This document shows, piece by piece, positions 7,827 to 18,159 of a stretch of DNA of 44,207 nucleotides. The stretch comes from Nitrospinota bacterium (lineage in GTDB: Bacteria; UBA8248), in the NCBI GenBank assembly GCA_030754595.1, contig JASLZZ010000066.1, forward strand, positions 1-44,207. Direction: 5' to 3'. The first letter of the stretch is position 1; every line of letters starts with the position of its first letter. The notes beneath the pieces are model-generated. The model worked only from the letters and a program-made list of their open reading frames with translations. It ran no database searches and was not told where the DNA came from. The position numbers were made by a program, and so were the translations under genes.

Positions 7827-10800
7827 TCATCCCCTCTTCACTTTGACGGTGCCCTGGAGGTAGCTCTGCATGAACTTGTTTTCGTTGCCGACCGAAAAAC
7901 CGGTCGTGGCGGGCGCCCAGACGCCCCGTCCTCCCAAGCCGCCGTCTTCGGCCTTGGTGAGTTTGACCAGGGTCTCCTTGGGAACGGTGTTGATGGCGTG
8001 GTTGTCGGCCTCGCCGCCCAGCATGAAGCCCATGAAAACCTTCTTTTTATGGAAAAGGTTGTCGAGCTGGTGCATGGGCATGAGCCAGCCGCGCGTGATC
8101 GACTGGTGGGAACCATAGCGGTAGCTCGCCTGGTAGCCCGTGTCAGCGGATACCGCGCGGCCGTCCTTTCGCGTTTCGTGCCCCTTGACGCTCTTTTCCG
8201 TGGCGCACCAAGCGCCGTGCTTGATCATCACCACGTCGTAGGGGTAGGAGGGGTTGTATTTCACCCGCAGCATCAAGCGCGCCACCTTGTAGAATGGATC
8301 ACTCGGCTTCCAGCCGATGTAGGGCCGATCCGCCGGGTTGGCGTCCACGTAAACGTAATCGCCTTCATTGAAACCCAGGTCCTTCGCGGCCTCGGGGTTC
8401 ATCTGCACCTGGTTCTCGCCCACCCCGGGCTGGCGACGATCCATGCGGTAGGGGTCGCCGAAGCTGGTCGACCAGATGAAGTTCCAGTCAGTCACCTGCC
8501 ACGATGAGTGGGTTAAATGCCGGCTCTTCGGGGTGAGACAGAAGAACCGGTAGCCGGCCTCCCATAGCGGGTTCTTCGTATCCTTGGCCTCCTTCCAGGG
8601 AAGCTTGATGTTGCGGACCTGGCGCTCGTCCCAGCCCATGTGGTTTTCCGGGATGCCGTAGTCCTCGGGCCTGATGAAGGGACTCGAACTGATGATGACG
8701 TTCGGCAGATAGGGCGTTCCCTCCGGGCCCTCGCGTTGGACGATGAGGTTCTCCCCGTATTCGATGACCCCGGGCTCGTCGTTATAGGCCTGGAGCCTTC
8801 CGGTCGGAGAATAGAAGGGAACCGACTCCTCGATCTGCTCTAGGAAAGGAACGCGCGGATAGGAGCGGAAGAGCATCAAGGCGGTGCCGGATTCTCCGTA
8901 TTTACCCGCCATGATATCGTCGTATTTATAACCACGGGTCGGGGTCGACGAATCCAGCAGGCGCTGGATGTATACCTCGGCCTTTTTGTCTAGGGCGAAT
9001 TTCCAGTATTTCTCGAAGCGTTTGTCCTTGAGAATCTCTCCCAACTTCTTGGCCATCTCGGCCATGATGAGAATGTCATCCTTGGTATCGTAGATGGGCT
9101 TCACGCCCCCCTTCCAGATCTGGAGGAAGGGGTTCGAGCACGACCCCGTAATCTCGGGCTGCTCGAATTCCATCCAGGTGTTCGCCGGAAGGAGAATATC
9201 CGAGTATTCGGCAGTGGAGGTCATCTCGATTTCCGAGCAGATGATCATCTCAATTTTCGGATTTACGTTCTTGACCATTTCATAAAGCCATTTGGCGTTG
9301 TTGAAGATGTTCACGTTCGTAAACCAAAGAGACTTCGTTGGGGAGGGCATATGGGTTTTGCCGGTGAAGACCTTGCGCCCATATTTCGGGGTATCCACGA
9401 CAAGAGGCTTGTCGCCGTAGTTCCAATATGCGGGCTCTTCGTCCTTGATGGTGCCCCGCACCTTGATGTTTTTTCCGTCCGCCTTCGGGTCGAGATTGGG
9501 ATTGAAGGGATCCTCCGCAATCCAGCCCTTGAAGCCGGGGCCGCTCCAATCCGAACCCTGGAACAGGGCTGCCTTGTAGTTTCCCGCCCAAGTATGGCAA
9601 CCCGCGCCGAGTTTACCGATGTTCCCCGTAAGGGTCATGGGAAGATACTGGGCCCGGTTGGTCATGGTCGCGTGGAACCAGTGGTTGACTCCTTCGCCCA
9701 CATGCAGGGCGGCGGGCTTGATCGTCGCCACGTCCTTGGCGAATCGCTCAATAAGATCTTTTGGCGAATGGGTAATCTCGTGGACGGTGTCGAGATCGTA
9801 GTCCTTGAGATGGTGGGACTTATACATTTCAAAAACCGGCATCACCTCGATTTCCACGCCGCTCACCAGCTTGACTGTGTATTTGCCTTCAAGAGACGGG
9901 TCAAGATTTTTCGCGCCAATGTGCTTACCCACATCGTCGCGCGTGATGGGCGCCGGCGCATTCTTTCCCTTGTCCCAGATCATGAAGTCGCCCGCGGCAT
10001 CGCGATATTTCGGGGTGAGCCCATGGATTTTAAATGAGGGTCCGCCTGAAATGTCCTGATTCTTGTAGCCGGGAATCACATCCTGAGGCCTAAGCCGCCG
10101 CAGGTTGTCAGTGCGGACAAGAAGCGGAAAATCTGTGAATTCCTTGACGAATTTCGCGTCATACCATCCCCGATCGATGAGAATTTTCGTCACACCAAGG
10201 AGAAGGGCTGTGTCAGTCTGCGGACGGATAGGAATCCAATAGTCGGCCTTCGTCGCCGGCGGGCTGTATTCGGGCGCAACAACGATGATCTTTGCTCCCC
10301 GCTCCATCGACTCCATAAAGAAATGGGAATCGGGACGCTTATTCTCGACGAGATTTTTTCCCATGTGGATATGAAGCTTCGAGTTGCGCAAATCGTTGAA
10401 ATCGCAATCCGATGCCTGAAGACCATGAACGAAAGGATGCCCCGGCGCCTGATCGCCGTGCCATGTGTAATTCGACCAGGCGCGACCGCCGCGGGCCTTC
10501 TTGGGCCCGACGCCCCGGGTGTGGGTGTCAAGGAGTGACATGGTGTTGGCGAACCGGTACATGCCGTACTTGCCGATGACGCCGAGCAGGCCCATGCCGC
10601 CCCGGAATTTCATCGTCCGCGTGCCGGCCCCGTCCCAATGGGTCAGCGACGCCGGATCGTAGCCCTGGTCGAGAAGACGTTTTTTACCCGCATCGCCGCT
10701 GTAGGTCTTCGATATCTGAATGAATCCCTTGGAAGCATAAGTGAAGGCATCGTCCCATTTCACGCGGACGAAAGTATCGGTGCCGCGCGAGTCGAACTTG

Positions 10801-11270
10801 TATTTTTTCTTGTTCGCCTCGTTGAGCTCCGGGAAACCGTCGTCGGCCCACCTTTTCCACCCGCGCCGGACCATCGGGTAGCGAAGACGGTAGGGTCCGT
10901 ACATGCGCCGCTGGAAGGTGAATCCGTTGGGGCATCCCCTGGGGTTCCAGTGATGGGTGGCCTTGACACCGTAGATGTCGGTGATGCGGTGCTTGTCGTA
11001 GTTCTGCTCGGTGCGCAGAACGATGCCGTTGCGGGTGAAGGCCTTGAGGCGGCATTCGTGAGTGCAGTTGGGCGAACAGACCCAGGTGAACGATCCATCC
11101 ACCTTGTACTGGTCCCGGTAGACTTTTTCCCATCCGCGGTTCGGGTAGTTCGTGAGAGGGTTCCCCATTTCACCGGTGGGGTGCAAGGCCGCTAGCGCGA
11201 GGCCCCTGCCGCTCCATGCGAGTAACCCGCTGCCGCTCGCGGCAAGAAACTTGCGTCTGGATAATTTCAT
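7827..11270 (-). CDS. nxrA: Nitrite oxidoreductase/nitrate reductase alpha subunit (Mo-bis-PGD, DMSO reductase type II), Tat-exported
   Basis: RBS GGAGG before ATG 11270; Tat motif SRRKFL; 1147 aa. YPNRGWEKVYRDQY, WVCSPNCTHEC...WNPRGC, GAGTRTMKFRGGMGLLG, WSNYTWHGDQAPGHP (Asp Mo ligand) and DNHAINTVPKETLVK are all characteristic of periplasmic NXR. Confidence 0.95.
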   Translation of the reverse strand: MKLSRRKFLAASGSGLLAWSGRGLALAALHPTGEMGNPLTNYPNRGWEKVYRDQYKVDGSFTWVCSPNCTHECRLKAFTRNGIVLRTEQNYDKHRITDIYGVKATHHWNPRGCPNGFTFQRRMYGPYRLRYPMVRRGWKRWADDGFPELNEANKKKYKFDSRGTDTFVRVKWDDAFTYASKGFIQISKTYSGDAGKKRLLDQGYDPASLTHWDGAGTRTMKFRGGMGLLGVIGKYGMYRFANTMSLLDTHTRGVGPKKARGGRAWSNYTWHGDQAPGHPFVHGLQASDCDFNDLRNSKLHIHMGKNLVENKRPDSHFFMESMERGAKIIVVAPEYSPPATKADYWIPIRPQTDTALLLGVTKILIDRGWYDAKFVKEFTDFPLLVRTDNLRRLRPQDVIPGYKNQDISGGPSFKIHGLTPKYRDAAGDFMIWDKGKNAPAPITRDDVGKHIGAKNLDPSLEGKYTVKLVSGVEIEVMPVFEMYKSHHLKDYDLDTVHEITHSPKDLIERFAKDVATIKPAALHVGEGVNHWFHATMTNRAQYLPMTLTGNIGKLGAGCHTWAGNYKAALFQGSDWSGPGFKGWIAEDPFNPNLDPKADGKNIKVRGTIKDEEPAYWNYGDKPLVVDTPKYGRKVFTGKTHMPSPTKSLWFTNVNIFNNAKWLYEMVKNVNPKIEMIICSEIEMTSTAEYSDILLPANTWMEFEQPEITGSCSNPFLQIWKGGVKPIYDTKDDILIMAEMAKKLGEILKDKRFEKYWKFALDKKAEVYIQRLLDSSTPTRGYKYDDIMAGKYGESGTALMLFRSYPRVPFLEQIEESVPFYSPTGRLQAYNDEPGVIEYGENLIVQREGPEGTPYLPNVIISSSPFIRPEDYGIPENHMGWDERQVRNIKLPWKEAKDTKNPLWEAGYRFFCLTPKSRHLTHSSWQVTDWNFIWSTSFGDPYRMDRRQPGVGENQVQMNPEAAKDLGFNEGDYVYVDANPADRPYIGWKPSDPFYKVARLMLRVKYNPSYPYDVVMIKHGAWCATEKSVKGHETRKDGRAVSADTGYQASYRYGSHQSITRGWLMPMHQLDNLFHKKKVFMGFMLGGEADNHAINTVPKETLVKLTKAEDGGLGGRGVWAPATTGFSVGNENKFMQSYLQGTVKVKRG

Positions 11271-11312
11271 TTCAGATATCCTCCATACCTGAGCCACAAA
11301 AAATGTTGAGGT

Positions 11313-12284
11313 TCATTCGATGATTTTGCGTGTTATGCCGGGTGAATTCGTCGAAAACGCCGCCGTGAACAGATAACGGTTGGCGCATTGTGAGCAAATG
11401 CCCTGGGTAGGCTCCCAGGCGGGATACTCTTCATTCACGGCCCGCGAAAGCTCCTCCGTCGGTTCGGCCCATTCGTGTGTCGGAAACTGGCAAAGCGGAC
11501 AAGAAGAGCCCGGCCCGAACGTGGGCTGGAACTCGCCTTCACCGAAAATTTCGGCGGCAATATTCAAAACGGCGCATAGCGATACCGCGCCCGTGACCAT
11601 CTGGCGAAGCTCTCCGCTAGACGGCCGGCGATCGTTCCAAAGGGCGGCAAAGACCTGCTCCGCAGCCTCGACGCCCAGGTTCAGGAAGAGGGATCTAAAT
11701 TCACTGACCCGCCGATCCTTGAGGTCTTGAGGAAGAAACCCTTTTCGCTCAAGCCTTCCGTCGACGGAAAGATCCCACAGCGTGCGGTATCGGTCGCGGA
11801 AAAGAGATTCTTCAGAGGGAGAAACTTCAGAGAGGGGGCGGGAGGTATCGTAGTCAAAAGCTGGATCTAGAATGTCGAGGATATGAGTTAATTCGTGACG
11901 CAGAAGATAGGCGCACTGCTCCGGGTCGCGGAGAGTTTCGGCCCTGATCTGAAAACCAAGGCGAACGCCGTCTTCGCTGAGCTGGGCGCCCTCCTCATCT
12001 TCCCTGAATGTGCGGGCGAAATAACACTCCTCCGGAAATCCATCACCACCGGAAAATTCCTCCAAAATGCCTTTTACTCGTTCGGTGTAACCGAGCTTCG
12101 AAAAGAAACGGCGGTAGAGGGTAAAAAAAGAAGTTTCGCGTTTGCGGAGCGTCACCTTGGTGTATATTTCGTCGGCCTGTTTTCGAAAAGAATCCCTTAA
12201 TTGGAAATCACCCTTTGAGAGCCCATCCTGAAATTCATTCTCGACCAAAATCTCACAAAGAGCATCGTTAAAGGTTAAAAACAT
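11313..12284 (-). CDS. Hypothetical protein with HExxH motif and C-terminal CxxC...CxxC, first gene of the nxr operon
   Basis: RBS AAGGAGGTG; LRHELTH; CPLC...CSQC; 42 nt upstream of the nxrA start. Confidence 0.8.
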   Translation of the reverse strand: MFLTFNDALCEILVENEFQDGLSKGDFQLRDSFRKQADEIYTKVTLRKRETSFFTLYRRFFSKLGYTERVKGILEEFSGGDGFPEECYFARTFREDEEGAQLSEDGVRLGFQIRAETLRDPEQCAYLLRHELTHILDILDPAFDYDTSRPLSEVSPSEESLFRDRYRTLWDLSVDGRLERKGFLPQDLKDRRVSEFRSLFLNLGVEAAEQVFAALWNDRRPSSGELRQMVTGAVSLCAVLNIAAEIFGEGEFQPTFGPGSSCPLCQFPTHEWAEPTEELSRAVNEEYPAWEPTQGICSQCANRYLFTAAFSTNSPGITRKIIE

Positions 12285-12589
12285 TATCTCACCTCCTTAT
12301 AGAAACACCGCAATCCGCCGGTCCAACTCGGAACGATCATTTCCAATCCTGGCCAATCACTCATTTGGGATGCATTTATCCCTTTTAGGTATAAAAAAAT
12401 TGGGGTTTACTCATTTCCTTGAGTATGAATTTCAGATTCCACAAAAGTTCCACCTGGGTTTGGGTATTAGGTTAAAAACCGCGCGAGTTATCACATATCG
12501 AAATCCCTGCGCAGAAATATCGATTTACTTTTCGATTCAAGAGTTAAAGTAAAGAGAAAAAATATATACGAGTTTCTTATCCTATATTC

Positions 12590-12618
12590 AGTATATATAT
12601 CACCAACACTTCCCGCAA
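12590..12618 (-). promoter_or_regulatory. Candidate sigma70 promoter of the nxr operon within an AT-rich intergenic region
   Basis: Minus strand TTGCGG-17 nt-TATACT, about 300 nt upstream of 12284. Confidence 0.35.
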
Positions 12619-12894
12619 GCATTATTATAAGAATGAGCTTGTTTGTTTATATCACACTGAATATAAATGAATTATACGAAATTCCCCTTGTAATAAATAT
12701 TGTATATTGTATTTAATCAGGGCCATTTTGAAAGGCAAATTATCAAAATACTCCTGCCGTGTCCCGTAGTATTTGGGCCCACCAGAAACCAAGGACTGTT
12801 GAAATTTTGGCTTATAACTCATCCTGATAGAGATTACGGACACAAACGAATATTTGGAAAGGGCGGGTTATGCCGGATTTGTGGATGGGGCCGC

Positions 12895-13689
12895 CTAACG
12901 GCCGTTGAAGCGCGGCTTTCGCTTTTCAATGAACGCCTGCCGTCCTTCGGCATAGTCCTGGCTATCAAAGCAAATTTTAACGATCTGCTCGATGGCTTCC
13001 AAATTACGGGTGGGGGGATCCTTGAGAACTTCGGCGACGGTTATTTTTGTCGCCTTCACCGAAAGGGGTGCATTCGAGGCAATCGTGGCGGCCATCTCAC
13101 AAACGGCGTCTCCGAGTTCATCCACCGGAACAACCCGGTTTACGAGACCGATCCTCAGCGCCTCTTCGGCGGAAAAACGCCTCGCCGAGAAAAGAATTTC
13201 CTTGGCAAAGGACGGGCCAACCAGATTCACAAGCTGTTCAAGGCTCTCGTAGCCGTAGGCAATGCCCAGGCGGGCGGCCGGAATGCCAAGCTGGGCGTCC
13301 TCAGAAGCGATGCGAATATCCGCACTCATGGCCACGGACAACCCGCCACCCAGGCAATAACCCCTGATCATGGCGATCAGGGGCTTATCGAGACTCGACA
13401 GTTTCCGCCTTGCCCCGGCCGACATGGCGGAATAACGCTCGGCCTGCTCGGCGTTCTTTCGTTGATCCTCGAACTGCGAGATATCGGCCCCTGAGACGAA
13501 AGCCTTATCTCCCGCGCCTTTCATGACGACCACCCGGACCGCGTCGTCCCGCTGAAATGAATCTAGAATGGCGGCGATGGCTTCCCACATTTCAAGGGAA
13601 AGCGCATTCCGGCGTTCGGGATTATTGAAAATCATCCAGCCGATCCCGTCTCCGGTCTCGGCGATCATTTTATCCGTGTTGAGTTTCAT
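12895..13689 (-). CDS. Enoyl-CoA hydratase/isomerase (crotonase) family
   Basis: FNNPERRNAL, AFVSGADI, KPLIAMIRGYCLGGG, AEEALRIGLVNRVV, EGRQAFIEKRKP. Confidence 0.93.
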   Translation of the reverse strand: MKLNTDKMIAETGDGIGWMIFNNPERRNALSLEMWEAIAAILDSFQRDDAVRVVVMKGAGDKAFVSGADISQFEDQRKNAEQAERYSAMSAGARRKLSSLDKPLIAMIRGYCLGGGLSVAMSADIRIASEDAQLGIPAARLGIAYGYESLEQLVNLVGPSFAKEILFSARRFSAEEALRIGLVNRVVPVDELGDAVCEMAATIASNAPLSVKATKITVAEVLKDPPTRNLEAIEQIVKICFDSQDYAEGRQAFIEKRKPRFNGR

Positions 13690-13719
13690 GTTTCCCCCTA
13701 TTAGAAGGAGGCGGCCCCA

Positions 13720-14889
13720 TCAAACAACCCCGCTATCTCGCAAATCCTGAATTTCCCCGTCGCCGTACCCCAGCGTCTTCAGAATCTCCTCCGTATGCGC
13801 ACCGAGCTCCGGGGTGGCGTTCCTCATGCGCTGAGGAGTCCGCGATAATTTGACGGCCTGCCCGACCACTTTCACCTCCCCGAGCTCTGGATGGTCGACA
13901 TGGGGGCTCATGCCCAATACCTGAACCTGCGGATCGGCAATGGTTTGGTCAACGGTGTAAATCGGCCCGCAGGGAATACCCGCGTCATTTAAAATGGCGA
14001 TCCATTCATCGCTCTTTTTCTCGCGTGTGCGCCGGCTAATATCCTCATTCAAGGCCTCCCGGTTCTCCAAGCGCCTCCCCGCGTCGGCATAGCCGGGCTG
14101 GTCGAGCAATTCCGGCGCGCCGATAGCCGGGGCGAGGCGCTCCCACAGGTGATTGGGACCCGACTGAATATTGATCAATCCATCGGCGGTCTCGAACACC
14201 CCCGTCGGGACGAATGTTGGGTGATTGTTCCCGGCCTGCCTGGGCACTTCGCCCTTGATGAGATACCGCGCAACCTGCAGGTCCATCATCTGGATTTGCG
14301 CTTCCAGCAAAGAGGTATGGACCCATTGTCCCTCGCCGGAGGATTCGCGCTCCAGCAGCGCGAGCAGTATTCCCTGGGCGAGCATCATGCCGGCCGAGAG
14401 ATCCGATATCGGAATACCCGCTCGCATTGGGCCTTTCCCCGGCTCGCCGGTCACCGACATGAGACCGCTGAGCCCCTGCGCGATCTGATCCAGACCGGGC
14501 CGGTCGGCATACGGGCCTTCCTGGCCGAAACCCGATATGCTGCCGTAGACGATACGAGGATTCACTTTCCGCACTGCCTCGTAGTCGATGCCAAGCCGGT
14601 GCTTCACCTGGGGGCGGTAGTTCTCTACGACAACGTCCGCCCCCCCCGCCAGGTCGAAAAAAATCTTCCTGCCCGCTCCTTCTTTCAGATTGAGTGTGAG
14701 GCTGCGCTTGTTGCGGTGGAGATTCTGGGCTTCGTAGCCGTGCCGATCCGCGCCCATGATTTCCATACCCAAGGCAGGGGGCAGTTCTATCCGGACAACA
14801 TCCGCCCCCCAGTCCGCGAGCTGACGGACCGCCGTCGGTCCCGCGCGCGCTCGAGTCAGGTCGATCACCTTGAAACGCGAAAGAGGCAT
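13720..14889 (-). CDS. Family III CoA-transferase (CaiB/BaiF)
   Basis: VIDLTRARAGP, WGADVVRIE, RNKRSLTLNLK, ADVVVENYRP, YGSISGFGQEGPY, GLDQIAQ; start placed at MPLSRF (uncertain). Confidence 0.92.
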   Translation of the reverse strand: MPLSRFKVIDLTRARAGPTAVRQLADWGADVVRIELPPALGMEIMGADRHGYEAQNLHRNKRSLTLNLKEGAGRKIFFDLAGGADVVVENYRPQVKHRLGIDYEAVRKVNPRIVYGSISGFGQEGPYADRPGLDQIAQGLSGLMSVTGEPGKGPMRAGIPISDLSAGMMLAQGILLALLERESSGEGQWVHTSLLEAQIQMMDLQVARYLIKGEVPRQAGNNHPTFVPTGVFETADGLINIQSGPNHLWERLAPAIGAPELLDQPGYADAGRRLENREALNEDISRRTREKKSDEWIAILNDAGIPCGPIYTVDQTIADPQVQVLGMSPHVDHPELGEVKVVGQAVKLSRTPQRMRNATPELGAHTEEILKTLGYGDGEIQDLRDSGVV

Positions 14890-15061
14890 AGGTTTCTCAG
14901 ACAATTTGAAGGCTCCATAACGAAAATGGTGGGCATGCGAATTAATAATTCTACCTGAATTCAAGTCTTTCGTCGTCTCGCCGTTATTTGCGGACACTGA
15001 ACATCAATTTCAGATTGCGTAGGAATTCGCCATGCACTGGCCGTTGCTGCATAATTCCGGC

Positions 15062-16576
15062 ATGAATATGAAAAACCATCGCATCCGGGTGGTCCCCTCC
15101 AGACAGCCGATAGACAGACAGGACCAACTCGCCTGGAAGATCGCCGGGGTCGCCTCGGACCTGGCACCGGTCGAGGCCGATGTCGAGGCGATGGTCGTCA
15201 ACCGGATTATCGACAACGCCGGGGTGGCGCTCGCCGCGATTAATCGCGAGCCCGTGGCCAACGCGCGCACGCAGGCGCTAGCGCACCCGAGACCCGGCGG
15301 CGCCACCCTGTTTGGCGTTCCCTCCGGATATTTATTCGGCGCCGAGTGGGTGGCCTGGGCCAACGGAACAGCGGTGAGGGAACTCGATTTTCACGACACC
15401 TACCTGGGTGCCGATTTCGGGCATCCGGGCGACGCCATTCCGGCCGTTCTCGCCGCCGCCCAGCAGTGTGGAAGAAGCGGAAAAGATCTTTTAAGGGGCA
15501 TCGCCACCGCCTACGAAATTCACATCGCGTTGATGAAAGGCATCTGCCTTCACGAACATAAAATCGATCACATTGCCCATCTGTGTCCGGCGATGGCGGC
15601 GGGTATCGGCGCTCTGCTCGATCTCGGGGCGGAGGTCATCTATCAGGCGGTCCAGCAGGCCGTTCACGTTTCGTGCACGACGCGCCAGTCCCGCAAAGGG
15701 GAGATATCGAGTTGGAAGGCAAATGCCCCCGCTCATGCCGGCAAGCTCGCCATCGAGGCCGTGGACCGGGCGATGCGGGGCGAGAAAAGCCCCTCGCCCA
15801 TCTATGAAGGCGAGGACAGCGTCATCGCCTGGATGCTCGGCGGCCCCGAAGCGGTCTACGAAGTTTCGCTCCCCGAGACGGGGGCGGGCAGACGCGCCAT
15901 CCTGGAGTCGTACACGAAAGAGCATTCGGCCGAATACCAGGGACAGGCCCTTATCGATCTAGCATTTAACATGCGTTCAAGTATTGCCGATTTAGGCGAG
16001 GTCGAAAGCGCCGTCCTCCACACCAGCCACCACACCCATACCGTCATCGGAACCGGTTCGAACGACCCCCAAAAGATTGACCCGGCCGCCTCCCGCGAGA
16101 CTCTCGACCATAGCGCCATGTATATTTTCGCCGTCGCGCTCGAGGATGGCCGCTGGCATCACGAGGAGAGCTATGCGCCCGAGCGCGCCGCCCGGCCGGA
16201 GACGGTCAGCCTCTGGCACAAAATCCGAACCGAGGAAGACCCCGAGTGGAACCGCCGCTATCATCACCCGGACCCGGGGCGGAAAGCTTTCGGGGCAAGG
16301 GGAGTCATCACCATGAAAAACGGGGAAACCATTGTGGGCGAACTGGCCGTAGCGAATGCGCACCCCTTGGGCGCGAGGCCTTTCGTCCGGGAAGACTATA
16401 TACGAAAGTTCGAGACGCTGGCCGGGGAAATCACGGACGCCGCGGAGCGCGAGAGGTTTCTGAGCGACGTTCAGCGCCTGCCCGATTCGAAGGCGGGCGA
16501 GCTTTACGATCTAGGCCTTGCAACCGCGCCGGGTAAACTCCATCGCGCCGAGCGCGACGGGCGCGGCATTTTTTAG
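15062..16576 (+). CDS. prpD: MmgE/PrpD family, 2-methylcitrate dehydratase-like
   Basis: [60 protein letters not shown]. Confidence 0.85.
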   Translation: MNMKNHRIRVVPSRQPIDRQDQLAWKIAGVASDLAPVEADVEAMVVNRIIDNAGVALAAINREPVANARTQALAHPRPGGATLFGVPSGYLFGAEWVAWANGTAVRELDFHDTYLGADFGHPGDAIPAVLAAAQQCGRSGKDLLRGIATAYEIHIALMKGICLHEHKIDHIAHLCPAMAAGIGALLDLGAEVIYQAVQQAVHVSCTTRQSRKGEISSWKANAPAHAGKLAIEAVDRAMRGEKSPSPIYEGEDSVIAWMLGGPEAVYEVSLPETGAGRRAILESYTKEHSAEYQGQALIDLAFNMRSSIADLGEVESAVLHTSHHTHTVIGTGSNDPQKIDPAASRETLDHSAMYIFAVALEDGRWHHEESYAPERAARPETVSLWHKIRTEEDPEWNRRYHHPDPGRKAFGARGVITMKNGETIVGELAVANAHPLGARPFVREDYIRKFETLAGEITDAAERERFLSDVQRLPDSKAGELYDLGLATAPGKLHRAERDGRGIF

Positions 16577-16723
16577 CTTACCCAATTTAAAGCATGGCTG
16601 AACTCCGCAAAAACGCTATCCCCGATCGGGCCACGGGAGGAGCCGTCCGGTAATCGTGGTGAAGTCCATTCAGCGCCGGCCTGGAGACCACCTTTTCCTC
16701 TTCTGCCATCAGGCGCCGGTCCG

Positions 16724-16800
16724 GCGCTCCAAAATAATTGGACCCAAAAAAAATTCAAGACTTTTAAAATCCGACCTAAATCCCATTCAACCTGCAATAA
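16724..16800. repeat. Left part of the ~220-bp inverted-repeat-bounded element
   Basis: gcgctccaaaataattggacccaaaaaaaattcaagacttttaaaatccgacctaaatcccattcaa aligns with 39755-39820 gcgctccgcgataattggttcccaaaaaaaatttcaaagctttgaattccgataaaatccaattcaa. Confidence 0.75.
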
Positions 16801-16835
16801 TTTCTTTGTTGCGAGGCGCACATCTCGGGGCGACG

Positions 16836-18118
16836 CTATCGCCCGGCAGGCGCTCTCTCGTCCCCGAATCGAAAGGCAAACCACGCCAGGAGGGACGACA
16901 AAACGACGAAGACGATACAACCCAGCGCAATCGACTCCATCGTTACGCCCCTATCGATACACAACCCATCGTGACGGGAGCAAGCGCCGTGGCTAACACC
17001 ATGAACGAAGTCGCCATGGCCCGAATACCCCCCAGATGGGCGACGCCATAGATCTCCGCCCAGATGGCCCCGCCGATGGTGACGCGCAGCCCCACCGTCG
17101 CGCCGCTCGCCAGCATGTAAATTAAGGCGGCCCCCGGATGATCGGAACTCGCGATGGCCAACATCGATACCCCTTGCGGTATCAAATAGTAGGGCAAGAG
17201 CATCACCGCCCCGACCCGATCGACGAGCGACCCCGTGAGCAGCGATACGCCGCTGATGACCACCACATAAAGGAAATAAGCTTCCGTGAAATTCGTCAGG
17301 CTCCATCCCTTTGATTCGACGAGGTGGGCCATGTGGAAGAAAAAGCCTGTCGAGATGTAGGAGGGGGCGAGCATCACCGGAAGAATGAGGTAGAAGCGAG
17401 GATCTTTCAAAACCTCCCTGCTTGACCAGCTGGGCGCCGCTCTCAACTCCGGAGAAATTCGCTCGGCGGCCCTCTCGACAAATCTTCGGTACCGCTCTTT
17501 GTGCCCCCGGAGCAAAAAGAGGGCGAGGGGAACGACCCCCGCGGCGACCAGCGCCGCAAACGCTGCCCAGGTCCACCGCCAGCCCACCGATCTCGAGATT
17601 GCCAGCGCCGCAATCGCCAGAAGCCCTTGACCCAGTGGGCTTCCGACAGAGACCAGACTCACCGCTTTGCCTCGGGCCTCGTCGAAATAGCGCGCCATGG
17701 TGGTGGCCGATGTGTGAACCATGAGGCCTTGTCCCGTGAGACGGATCGCAAACAGGGCAAACAAGAGAAAGAAGGTGGTAGGCACCGCAGCCATGAACAG
17801 GCACGCGCAAACGAGCCCCCCCAGCACCGCCAGGGTATAGCTGCGGAGATCGGCCCGGTCGATCATGCGCCCGAACCAGATCAGGCAAAGGGCGCTGCCC
17901 ACGGTGGCGATTGCGAAGACCATGCCGAATTCGCCGTGGGAGAGGCCAAACTGGGCCCGGATGTCCGGATTAAAGACCGATATAACGTAGGTCTGGCCAA
18001 AGCCGGAAAAAAACGAGAGAAGAAAACCAAAGGCAAGGAACCGAAAGTTGCCAATGACGAACCCAAGATAGTTCAAATCGGTCCCTGTGCTCCTCAAAAT
18101 ATAATTCTGTCTGTGCAT
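16836..18118 (-). pseudogene. MFS transporter with a 1-nt frameshift near 16965 before the last transmembrane helix
   Basis: FFSGFGQTY and GRMIDRADLR (MFS motif A). The main frame ends APVTMGCVSIGA*, while another frame continues LCIDRGVTMESIALGCIVFVVLSSLLAWFAF to the stop at 16836. Confidence 0.8.
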
Positions 18119-18159
18119 GGCGAATTAGCTATTAGCCATGCACAACCTCAAAATTTAAT

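Noticed and set aside
7827..11297. Calling the molybdoenzyme a cytoplasmic NarG, or starting it at 11297
   Set aside because: It has a Tat signal, no narI, and Nitrospira/anammox-type motifs; the RBS supports ATG 11270.
12340..12360. Sigma54 promoter upstream of the nxr operon (TTGGCCAGGATTGG on the minus strand)
   Set aside because: There is no GC at the required -12 spacing from the GG.
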